From the NCBI GenBank assembly GCA_963666275.2, contig CAXXOA010000001.1:2432001-2496000 (forward strand): DNA of 64,000 bases, read 5' to 3'. A model generated the notes under the pieces. That model had not been told where the DNA came from. It saw only the letters and a list, made by a program, of their open reading frames with translations, and did not search any database. A program made the position numbers and the translations under genes. The DNA is from Oceanispirochaeta sp. (GTDB lineage: Bacteria > Spirochaetota > Spirochaetia > DSM-2461). The first letter of the stretch is position 1; each line of letters begins with the position of its first letter. Positions 42,506-51,262 of the stretch are shown here, piece after piece.

Positions 42506-43474
42506 TCAGATGCTTCTGGATTCGAGCATGGAAAACAGTGTCCTGAAAGCATCTGAAGAAGAGCTTTCGGGAAGATTATCCAGCAGTTCCAGAGCCTGCT
42601 TTTTAAAATCTTTGGCCGCATCATCGGCACTTGCGGCATACCCTCTGTTCACAATCCTTTTCCGGACTCCCGGAATAAAGGGACGTAAAAAAGGATGGGC
42701 GTCATAAAAAGTGACAACAGGATCTTTCTCTTCCAGTGCAAGGATCAGAGGGAGAGTGGGAATACCTTCCTTGAGATCCTTTCCTGTTTTCTTCCCGAGT
42801 TTCCCCGGTTTGCCGATATAGTCGAGAATATCATCCTCTACCTGAAAAGCCATTCCGAAGAGTGTACCCAGCTGGTAGAGTTTTTCCCTTATATCCTGTT
42901 CAGATCCAGTAGCTTGCGCTCCGGCCATACAGGCCAGACCGAAAAGTTCAGCTGTTTTTCCTTTGATTCGTTTTAAATAGGCTTCCCGGCCTATATTCAG
43001 CTGACTTCCATGAAAATCCTGATCAATCTCTCCCAGGCAGATGGTACTGATGCCATCGAGAAAGAGAGGGATCATTTCGGTATCACATTCAGGTGCGGCC
43101 ATTTTCATGGCCACAGACATAAGATAATCCCCTGCCAGAACCGCCCTTTTGATCCCCATAGTTTTATGGAGGGTCGGGACTCCTCTTCTGGTGGAAGCCT
43201 TATCAATAACATCATCGTGAATCAATGTGGCTATATGAAGGAGCTCCACCGAAGCGGCAACGGAAGCAATGTTTTCGTTCTCTTTTGTTCCCCACTGCGC
43301 TGAGAGGAGAACAAAAGCGGGACGGAGCATCTTTCCGTTGCTGAGCAGAAGCCGGGCCAGATCATCTCTGATCCCGGAAGGACTTTCATCCACTATCCCC
43401 CGGATATGTTTTTCCACATTTTCCAGGGGTGAGGCTAATGCCGGGAAGTCATTCCATAATGGATGCAGTGACAA
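42506..43474 (-). CDS. Polyprenyl diphosphate synthase (HepT/DmkB-like)
   Basis: GKMLRP, LIHDDVID..RRG, KGKTA, FQVEDDILD. Confidence 0.92.
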   Translation of the reverse strand: MSLHPLWNDFPALASPLENVEKHIRGIVDESPSGIRDDLARLLLSNGKMLRPAFVLLSAQWGTKENENIASVAASVELLHIATLIHDDVIDKASTRRGVPTLHKTMGIKRAVLAGDYLMSVAMKMAAPECDTEMIPLFLDGISTICLGEIDQDFHGSQLNIGREAYLKRIKGKTAELFGLACMAGAQATGSEQDIREKLYQLGTLFGMAFQVEDDILDYIGKPGKLGKKTGKDLKEGIPTLPLILALEEKDPVVTFYDAHPFLRPFIPGVRKRIVNRGYAASADDAAKDFKKQALELLDNLPESSSSDAFRTLFSMLESRSI

Positions 43475-43475
43475 A

Positions 43476-45473
43476 TTACCGGCTCCGTTTCTTACCCTTC
43501 AGTCTGGGTTCTCCAAAGTAAAGGTAGGTTTTATGAGCCAGAGATGTTCCGTTCCACCATTTTTTCAGCCAGGGCATTACCCAGTAGTCGAGACCGCAGT
43601 TTCTTCCGGCTCCACCGAGCATAATGACGGCGGCGAAAATAAACCACAGCTGAGCCCAGGTAAACATACCGGAAAGGATGAATACAAGACACATGATAAT
43701 GGACACACCCGCAGCGGGGAATGTGAACAGTCCGCCGATAAGAGCCAGACCGATAAGCATTTCCACAGAAACGATCATGACCTGGAAGAACTGGAAGGGC
43801 AGATAAGCCATCATGCCATCCATAAAAGTCTGACGGAACCAGGTTGAAACAACACCGTTGAAAGAGAAGATACTATTGGCAGTATCCCATACAGGTCCCC
43901 AGGTGTGAGCGGCTGCTGTTGTTACAGCTTCACCGGCACCGGATGCGGCACTGACAGTTTCTACAACAGCTTCAGCAGCACCTGATGCGGCACTTACGGT
44001 TTCAGCCGCGTACTCAACTACTGCTTCTGCGGCTTCAGACGCGGCGGAACCGGCATCAGCAGCTTTTTCAAGCCCTGCCTGAACAACGCCCTGAGAGAAC
44101 ATCCATGCGGAACTGGAACCTTTGTCAAAGTTAAACCAGCCTTCGCCGATTTTATTGATTCCTTCAAAGAGCCACATCAGACCAAGCCACAGCCTCAAGG
44201 GAAGGGCAAAAAGACCGTTGATTTTACCGGCTACCAGCCCCCCCAGGAAAGACCTGTTGTTTTTGATATCGAAGATTTCATGTTTGAGATATTTCCACCA
44301 GGCGTTCACACCGGCGACAGTACTCAGGTAATAAACATTCACAAGATGTTTCAGTGCCATGGCGGGCATACCGGACAGAGCGATGCCTCCGGTATAGGAC
44401 ACGGCGTAGCGTCCACCGATAGAAACCATGAATCCATGGAAGCTGGATTTGAAATGTTTCACTTCACCCTTTCCGGTAATGGCGTGAATAATATTCTTGG
44501 CCGCTACTGCAGCAGTCTGCTCCGCCGCCTCAACGATCTGGGGAAGGGGTCTTTCATTTTCAAGCAGCCACACCGCATCTCCTGCCAGATAGACGTTATC
44601 GTTATCCGGAGATTTCATTGTGTCGTCAACTCTCAGCCTGTCAACGTGACCGATGGTCATGCCGGTTTCGGCGGCAAAGGAACTTCCTTTGATACCGCAG
44701 GTCCAGATCAGGGTACCGCATTCGATAACGGTTCCGTCTTTCAGGGTAAGAGACCCTTCTTCGGCTTTGCTGATAAAGGAGTTCAGGACAAACTTGACGC
44801 CCTTCTTTTCCATGTATTTATGAGCTTTTGCACGGGGACCTTCGGGAATCATATTCAGGATATGGCCCAGACCCTCTACATTGATCAGCTCAACCTCATC
44901 CTCATCGATATCGTACTCTTTACAAAGGAGAGGAAGATTTTCGATCAGTTCTCCGATCATCTCTATACCTGTAAAACCGGCACCGGCCACAACAAAGGTC
45001 AGCAGTTTTTTTCTTTTTACAGGATCTTTCTCGTGGGTCGCCTTCTGAATCACATCAATGATGTGTTCCTGAATCTTGATGGCGTCTTCGTAGCTCCACA
45101 GAGACAGAGAGTTTTCTTTAACACCGGGAATACCGAAATCGGTAGCTTCCGCCCCTGTACCCATCAGAAGATAGTCGTACTCATAGGTTGCGGTATCAGA
45201 AACAAGCACCTGCTTCTCTCTGTCTATTGTTTTAATGGTGTCACGGACAATGTTTACTTTTTTACCGGCGAAGATTCTGTCAAAAGAGATCTTTACACAG
45301 CCGCGTCCTACTCTTTCACCAGCAATCTCGTGAAGTTCTGTCATCAGAGTATGATAATTGTTCTTATCAATAAGAGTGATCTCTACTCCGGAATCTTTTT
45401 TAAAGGCCTTGTGGAAGATTTTACCGGCATGAACACCGGCGTATCCACCACCCAGGATAACTATTTTTGTCAT
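43476..45473 (-). CDS. ndh: Type II NADH dehydrogenase fused to a C-terminal DoxX/DoxD-like membrane domain
   Basis: ILGGGYAG, GAGFTGIE, YLAGD; C-terminal LRLWLG.MWL.EG..K, E..IGL.LIGGLFT, GLDYW. Confidence 0.9.
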   Translation of the reverse strand: MTKIVILGGGYAGVHAGKIFHKAFKKDSGVEITLIDKNNYHTLMTELHEIAGERVGRGCVKISFDRIFAGKKVNIVRDTIKTIDREKQVLVSDTATYEYDYLLMGTGAEATDFGIPGVKENSLSLWSYEDAIKIQEHIIDVIQKATHEKDPVKRKKLLTFVVAGAGFTGIEMIGELIENLPLLCKEYDIDEDEVELINVEGLGHILNMIPEGPRAKAHKYMEKKGVKFVLNSFISKAEEGSLTLKDGTVIECGTLIWTCGIKGSSFAAETGMTIGHVDRLRVDDTMKSPDNDNVYLAGDAVWLLENERPLPQIVEAAEQTAAVAAKNIIHAITGKGEVKHFKSSFHGFMVSIGGRYAVSYTGGIALSGMPAMALKHLVNVYYLSTVAGVNAWWKYLKHEIFDIKNNRSFLGGLVAGKINGLFALPLRLWLGLMWLFEGINKIGEGWFNFDKGSSSAWMFSQGVVQAGLEKAADAGSAASEAAEAVVEYAAETVSAASGAAEAVVETVSAASGAGEAVTTAAAHTWGPVWDTANSIFSFNGVVSTWFRQTFMDGMMAYLPFQFFQVMIVSVEMLIGLALIGGLFTFPAAGVSIIMCLVFILSGMFTWAQLWFIFAAVIMLGGAGRNCGLDYWVMPWLKKWWNGTSLAHKTYLYFGEPRLKGKKRSR

Positions 45474-45682
45474 GAGTTTCCCCTTCATGGAATGAATATT
45501 TTTATATCGCTCTAATCTTATCGAATACTATAATATTTTGTGTCAATGAATCAATCAAGTAATAGTCACTCTTATTCAAAAAAAATCGTACTTTTTTAGT
45601 ATCCTTCCTGCTGAATTCTAAAAATCAGACCTTTCAGCAGCTATGCTGTTCGGGGTTTTTTTGCCGATCCTCCATTTCTGAG

Positions 45683-45749
45683 ACCAATAAAACCAAAAAG
45701 CCCAATATAGCAAGAAAGATTGCCTATCTGTCAGAGATCGGGCTAAGTT
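45683..45749 (+). promoter_or_regulatory. Four 9-bp direct repeats abutting a putative -35/-10 (candidate response-regulator site)
   Basis: ACCAATAAA ACCAAAAAG CCCAATATA GCAAGAAAG then TTGCCT-18-TAAGTT. Confidence 0.5.
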
Positions 45750-45796
45750 TTATTCGATATTTTTTTAACCATTATTTTCATACAAGGAGGGTCTTA

Positions 45797-47518
45797 ATGA
45801 TCCGTTTTAAAAGATTTACAGGCATTGTTCTGTTAATGATGCTCTTTTTTATCGGGTGCTCAGGCAAAGCAGTATACAATGCCGGCACCTACACTGGCGA
45901 AGGAGAAGGTCACGGAGGAACTATTGCTGTTTCGGTAACTGTAGATGACAAAGCTATCAAGTCTATTGAAGTGATCGAAAACCATGAGTCCGATTTCAGC
46001 CTCGGCCCCATTCAGACACTGATTAAAAAGGCCATCGACGCCAACAGCGGCGATATCGATGCCGTCAGCGGTGCCTCAGAAACTTCTGCAGGCATGATTG
46101 CCGCCATACAGGCAGCCCTGGCAAAGGCAGCTACCGGAAACGCTTCAACAGCTGCCGTATCAGCTTCTGAAGCTGTCACACTGAAAGATGAAACCACTGA
46201 TATTGTTGTCATCGGTGCCGGCGGTGCCGGTCTCTCCGCAGCCAAAGCGGCGGCGGACAAAGGGGCTGATGTCATTGTGCTTGAAAAAATGGCTTTTGTC
46301 GGTGGTAACACCAACTATGCCACCGGCGGTCTCAATGCGGCGGAAACAAAACAGCAGGCGGAAAAAGGAATCGAAGATTCGATCGAACAGTTTTTCAATG
46401 ACACTATGAAAGGCGGAAAAAATCTGAACAACCCCGACCTGGTTCGTGTACTGACATCCCGGTCCCGGGAGTCCGTGGAATGGCTGACTTCCCTGGGTGC
46501 GGATCTGAGCGATGTGGGAAGAATGGGCGGATCTACAAACAACAGAACCCACCGCCCCACCGGCGGTGCCGGCGTGGGTGCCCATGTTGTGAGCGTTCTG
46601 GATGCTGCGGCTTCCCAGGTTGCCGATATCAGAACTGAAAGCAGAGTGATTGCCATTACAGCTGATGCCAATGGTGTCAACGGTGTGGATGTGGAAACTC
46701 CCGAAGGAACCTACCATATCAGCGCCGGGGCTGTTATCATCGCAACCGGAGGATTCGGCGCCAGCCAGGAGAAAGTTGTTAAATACAAACCCGAACTGAA
46801 AGGCTTCGGCACAACCAACCAGCCCGGAGCCACCGGTGATGCCCTGGATCTAGTAGCCCCTCTGAACGTGGCTCTGGTCGATATTGAGCAGATCCAGACC
46901 CATCCCACTGTTGTTCCCGTTAAAAACAAGATGATTACCGAAGCGGTCAGAGGAAACGGTGCTATTCTTGTCAACAGAGACGCCAGAAGATTTGTATCGG
47001 AACTGCAGACAAGGGATGTGGTTTCTGAAGCGGAACTGGAACAGGAAGGACAGACCGCATTCCTCCTTTTCGACCAGGGAATCAGAGAGTCCCTCTCTGC
47101 CATTGAAAAATACGCCAAAGCCGGTCTGCTCACAGAAGCGGCGTCTCTGGAAGAGCTGGCGGAAACCATGGGGCTGAATGGGGAGACTCTGGTTGAAACA
47201 GTCAATACCTACAACAGCTATGTGGATCAGGGAAGCGATCCTGACTTTGATCGCCCCGACATGCCCAGAAAAGTGGCAACCGGCCCCTTCTATATGGTGG
47301 AAGTCGGTCCTGCGGTTCACCATACCATGGGCGGTCTGAAAATCGACACGGAAACAAGAGTGATCGATACGGACGGCAACTGGGTTACCGGACTCTATGC
47401 GGCCGGTGAAGTGACCGGCGGTGTTCACGGAGCCAACAGGCTCGGTGGAAATGCCGTGGCCGATATCACGACTTTTGGAAGGATCGCCGGAGAACAGGCG
47501 GCATCTTTTATCCAATAA
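45797..47518 (+). CDS. Lipoprotein flavocytochrome c (FMN-bind domain + fumarate-reductase-type flavoprotein)
   Basis: Lipobox FIGC; FMN-bind DAVSGAS; GAGGAG; QTHPT, ELQTRD, HHTMGG, NRLGGN catalytic set. Confidence 0.9.
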   Translation: MIRFKRFTGIVLLMMLFFIGCSGKAVYNAGTYTGEGEGHGGTIAVSVTVDDKAIKSIEVIENHESDFSLGPIQTLIKKAIDANSGDIDAVSGASETSAGMIAAIQAALAKAATGNASTAAVSASEAVTLKDETTDIVVIGAGGAGLSAAKAAADKGADVIVLEKMAFVGGNTNYATGGLNAAETKQQAEKGIEDSIEQFFNDTMKGGKNLNNPDLVRVLTSRSRESVEWLTSLGADLSDVGRMGGSTNNRTHRPTGGAGVGAHVVSVLDAAASQVADIRTESRVIAITADANGVNGVDVETPEGTYHISAGAVIIATGGFGASQEKVVKYKPELKGFGTTNQPGATGDALDLVAPLNVALVDIEQIQTHPTVVPVKNKMITEAVRGNGAILVNRDARRFVSELQTRDVVSEAELEQEGQTAFLLFDQGIRESLSAIEKYAKAGLLTEAASLEELAETMGLNGETLVETVNTYNSYVDQGSDPDFDRPDMPRKVATGPFYMVEVGPAVHHTMGGLKIDTETRVIDTDGNWVTGLYAAGEVTGGVHGANRLGGNAVADITTFGRIAGEQAASFIQ

Positions 47519-47548
47519 TCCCGAATACAGGGAATAAATACTGATTTT

Positions 47549-47586
47549 TCAGCGGATTCTCCACAGGGGAATCCGCTGATTTTTTC
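47549..47586 (+). terminator. Rho-independent terminator
   Basis: TCAGCGGATTCTCC-3-GGGGAATCCGCTGA + T-run. Confidence 0.88.
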
Positions 47587-47613
47587 TTTTCCCCGTATTA
47601 TACTCTATGACTC

Positions 47614-49188
47614 ATGAAACTGAACCGTAAGATCTCTCTTACAGCCGGAATCTTCACAACCTCAATCCTTCTGCTGCTGGGATTCCTTGTCATTCAGCAG
47701 TGGTTCAGTACACTTCTCCATCAACTGGAACTCACAGCACGGGATACGGCTTATGCCATATCGGAAATGGAAGTTGTCAGAGAAAACCTTGTAAAATCCA
47801 ACGGTAGCATCCCCATCCAGAGGCGCATGGAGGAGATCCGCCTCTCCACCCGGATTCAGTACATCTATGTACTGGACAGACAGGGCGTTTTCTATGCCCA
47901 CACCATACCGGGAAGTATCGGAACAAAAGGGAGCGATCCCTTTTACCTGAAACTGCTTCAGAGCGACGCCCCCCGGACTCTTGTCAGAAGAGTCGGCAGA
48001 GCCCGGCTGACCTCGGTTGAAGCGGCCGCTCCGGTTTATTATCAGGGAGAACTGGCGGGACTCGTTGTGACGGGAGTTCTCAATGGCAGGGTGTACCAGG
48101 AGATCAGTCTGAATATTCAGACATTCGCCCTGATTATGATCCTGGCTGTTTTCATAAGCCTCTACTCCTCCCAATACCTCTCATCCAGTATAAAAAGATC
48201 CATGCAGGGGCTGGAGCCGGAAGAGATCTCGCGCCTTCTCGGTCAGAGGGCCATGACCCTGGACAACCTGAAAGAAGCTATTGTCACCGTCGATCAGTCC
48301 GCCGGGATCATCTATTTCAATACATCCGCGAAAAAACTGATCGGGCTGGGTGAACAGGACCTGGACAGACCTGTTGAGTATTTCTTTTTCGGGGAATCCT
48401 TTATTAAATGCCTTTCCGAGAAGAGAACCCTGGAAAGGGAGTTGAAAACTCCCGGAGGGATGACCCTTCAGTGCCGCATAGAACCCATATGGGATCCCCA
48501 GAGCCAGGATGTTCTCGGGGCCACAGCAGTTATGGAGGACATGACTACGGTCAGACTGAAAGCAGAGGAACTGACGGGAATAAAGCAGATCAACGAAGGC
48601 CTGCGGGCCCAGAATCATGAGTTCCTGAACAAGCTCCATACTATAGCCGGACTGATCCAGCTGGAAGAGTATGACCAGGCGGTCCATTACATCACAGGAA
48701 TCAGCCGGAACCGCCGGGAAATTACCGCTCAACTGAGCGACAGGATCAAAGATCCCGCCGTCGCAGGACTTCTTCTGGGAAAATACAACAAAGCCCAGGA
48801 ACAGAAAACGGCTTTTCTGCTGGATGAAAAATCTTTCCTTTCTGCAGGAACAGAGGAGTCCGAAACGATTAATCTGATTCTGGGGAATCTTATAGAGAAC
48901 GCCCTGGAAGAGCTCCGGGGAAAGGATCAGGGAGAGATAAGGATCAGCCTCTACGAAAAACCGGGATGCCTTATGATCCAGGTGGGAGATAATGGCGGCG
49001 GCATAGCCGAACCGGACTATGTATTTATCAGAGGGAACAGCACAAGAGGGGAGAACAGAGGCCTGGGACTCTTCCTTGTGAGGCAGAAAACCCAAAGCCT
49101 CGGGGGAGAGATAAAACTGCAGTCCCGCCCGGGAGAAACAGTTTTCACCGTGACTCTGCCTGTGCGGCCCGGAAGGGAGGAATCATGA
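47614..49188 (+). CDS. CitA/DcuS-family sensor histidine kinase
   Basis: Two TMs flanking a Cache domain, GLEPEEI, PAS, HEFLNKLH, GNLIENA, DNGGG, GLGL. Confidence 0.92.
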   Translation: MKLNRKISLTAGIFTTSILLLLGFLVIQQWFSTLLHQLELTARDTAYAISEMEVVRENLVKSNGSIPIQRRMEEIRLSTRIQYIYVLDRQGVFYAHTIPGSIGTKGSDPFYLKLLQSDAPRTLVRRVGRARLTSVEAAAPVYYQGELAGLVVTGVLNGRVYQEISLNIQTFALIMILAVFISLYSSQYLSSSIKRSMQGLEPEEISRLLGQRAMTLDNLKEAIVTVDQSAGIIYFNTSAKKLIGLGEQDLDRPVEYFFFGESFIKCLSEKRTLERELKTPGGMTLQCRIEPIWDPQSQDVLGATAVMEDMTTVRLKAEELTGIKQINEGLRAQNHEFLNKLHTIAGLIQLEEYDQAVHYITGISRNRREITAQLSDRIKDPAVAGLLLGKYNKAQEQKTAFLLDEKSFLSAGTEESETINLILGNLIENALEELRGKDQGEIRISLYEKPGCLMIQVGDNGGGIAEPDYVFIRGNSTRGENRGLGLFLVRQKTQSLGGEIKLQSRPGETVFTVTLPVRPGREES

Positions 49189-49874
49189 GGATACTGATTG
49201 TAGAAGACGACCCTATGGTAGGTCAGATCAACAGCCGTTTTGCCGGTAAAATTCCCTTTGTCACTCAGGTGGATGTAGTGACAAGCCCCGCTGAGGCAGA
49301 GACATTCCTGGAGGAGAACTCCTGTGATCTGCTGCTCCTTGATGTGTACTTCCCCGACGGGAGAGGACCGGAGCTGCTGAAGTGGATCCGTAACAGGGAG
49401 ATCCCGGTACAGGTCATTTTCATTACCGCAGACAACAGCCAGGAGACTGTGGAAAAGGCTTTTCACCTGGGCGCACTGGACTACCTTGTGAAACCCTTCA
49501 CTTTCGACAGATTCAGAAAAGCCATTGAAGAAGCAAGAGACAGGATTGCCAAACTGAGCGGCACGGGAAAGTTTGACCAGGACAGACTGGATCATTTCAT
49601 TTACGGCGAAGTTCCGGAGGAGAGAGCCCTGGAGGAACCCTTTGTCCTGGACAAGGGCATGAGCTACAAAACCTATGAAATGGTACGGCGGAAAATAGAG
49701 CAGACAAAAGGGGCTTTTACGGCAGATGAAATGGGAGAGGCCCTGGGAATTGCCAGAGTCACCATACGGCGCTATCTGGACTTTATGGAAAAACAGGAGA
49801 TACTGGAAGTGAATCTCCAGTATGGAAAAATCGGCAGACCCCAGCACTATTACAGACTGAAAGGATCGGAATGA
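49185..49874 (+). CDS. CitB/DcuR-family response regulator
   Basis: EDDPMV, LLDVYFPD, DYLVKPF, RVTIRRYL, YG.IGRP. Confidence 0.92.
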   Translation: MRILIVEDDPMVGQINSRFAGKIPFVTQVDVVTSPAEAETFLEENSCDLLLLDVYFPDGRGPELLKWIRNREIPVQVIFITADNSQETVEKAFHLGALDYLVKPFTFDRFRKAIEEARDRIAKLSGTGKFDQDRLDHFIYGEVPEERALEEPFVLDKGMSYKTYEMVRRKIEQTKGAFTADEMGEALGIARVTIRRYLDFMEKQEILEVNLQYGKIGRPQHYYRLKGSE

Positions 49875-51259
49875 AAATACTGACAGGCCTTTTTACAGCT
49901 GTGATTCTTCTCTTTGCTCTGATTGTCTCTCCCATGTATATTTCCGAAAAAACAGATGTGGTGATCATCGGAGCCGGCGCCGCGGGGATGCGGGCGGCCC
50001 TGGAGAGCAGAGAACACACACAGAAGGTGATTCTCCTTGAAAAAATGCCCTACCCCGGCGGAAACAGCAACAGAGCGACGGCCGGACTGAATGCCCTCCC
50101 CTTTCCTGATGACAGGGACGCCTTCTTCCGGGATACCAGAGAGGCCGGCCTGAATCACGGCGATCCGGATCTTGTCAGGATACTGGTAGACAGAAGCGGA
50201 GAGGAACTGGGCTGGCTCCGCAGCATTGGGGCGGACCTTTCGGATCTCGGGCTTCTGGCCGGCCACAGCAGAAACCGGACCTACAGGCCCTCGGGAGGCC
50301 TGCCTGTCGGCCGGGAGATCAGCTCTGTTCTTTTTGACAATATCCGGAAAAGAGGCATGGACCTGAGACTGGAAAACCGAGCCCTCTCTCTGGAATACAA
50401 GGGGAAGAATATCCTTGTGACTGTTGAGAACAGGAGCGGCCGGGAGTACCGTATCAAAGCCCGGTCGGTTGTGATTGCCACAGGCGGTTTCGGTGGAAAT
50501 CCCAGGCTTGTCACAAGGGTAAACCCCGCTCTAAAGGGGTTTAACACAACCAACAGCGCCGGCGCCACGGGAGATTTCCTGGAATTAACAGAAAAACTGG
50601 ACCCTCTGCTGGTGGATCTCGGCGAAATCCAGACCCATCCGACTGTGGAACCTGATTTCAGCATCCTCATCACCGAAGCCCTCCGGGGAAACGGCGGGAT
50701 ACTGATCAACAGCAAAGGGCAGCGCTTTACCAATGAAATGGCCTTCCGGGAGGCCCTGAGCCGGAGCATCCTCTCCCAGAAAGGGGGAACGGCCTGGCTG
50801 ATTTTTGATCAGGAGATCCGAAACAGTCTCAAGTCTTCGGAGTACTATTTTCAGAGAGAACTGGTGCGTTCAGGCAGTTCCCTGGCGGAACTGACGGAAA
50901 CACTCTCCCTGCCTCCTCTGATGCTGGAAAAGGAAATAGCCCTCTGGAACCGGATTGTCCTTCAGGGAGAAGAGGATCCCTACGGCAGACAAGACCTTTT
51001 CCGCCCCCTGAACAGCCCACCCTACTATGCGATAAAAGTGACTCCCGGCATCCATTACTGCATGGGAGGACTGGGAATAGACACGAAATCGCGGGTTCTG
51101 GACCGGACAGGAACTCCTCTCCCCGGTCTCTTCGCAGCAGGCGAGGCCACAGGGGGCATACACGGCCGGGACAGGCTGGGAGGCAATTCTCTGACAGATA
51201 CCATGGTATTCGGCAGGATCGCCGGTTACGAAGCGGCTCTTTACAGTCAAAGCCGCTAG
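49871..51259 (+). CDS. Second flavocytochrome-c flavoprotein, N-terminal anchor, no FMN-bind domain
   Basis: GAGAAG, QTHPT, TEALRG, HYCMGG, DRLGGN; ATGA-coupled to the response regulator. Confidence 0.88.
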   Translation: MKILTGLFTAVILLFALIVSPMYISEKTDVVIIGAGAAGMRAALESREHTQKVILLEKMPYPGGNSNRATAGLNALPFPDDRDAFFRDTREAGLNHGDPDLVRILVDRSGEELGWLRSIGADLSDLGLLAGHSRNRTYRPSGGLPVGREISSVLFDNIRKRGMDLRLENRALSLEYKGKNILVTVENRSGREYRIKARSVVIATGGFGGNPRLVTRVNPALKGFNTTNSAGATGDFLELTEKLDPLLVDLGEIQTHPTVEPDFSILITEALRGNGGILINSKGQRFTNEMAFREALSRSILSQKGGTAWLIFDQEIRNSLKSSEYYFQRELVRSGSSLAELTETLSLPPLMLEKEIALWNRIVLQGEEDPYGRQDLFRPLNSPPYYAIKVTPGIHYCMGGLGIDTKSRVLDRTGTPLPGLFAAGEATGGIHGRDRLGGNSLTDTMVFGRIAGYEAALYSQSR

Positions 51260-51262
51260 GTT

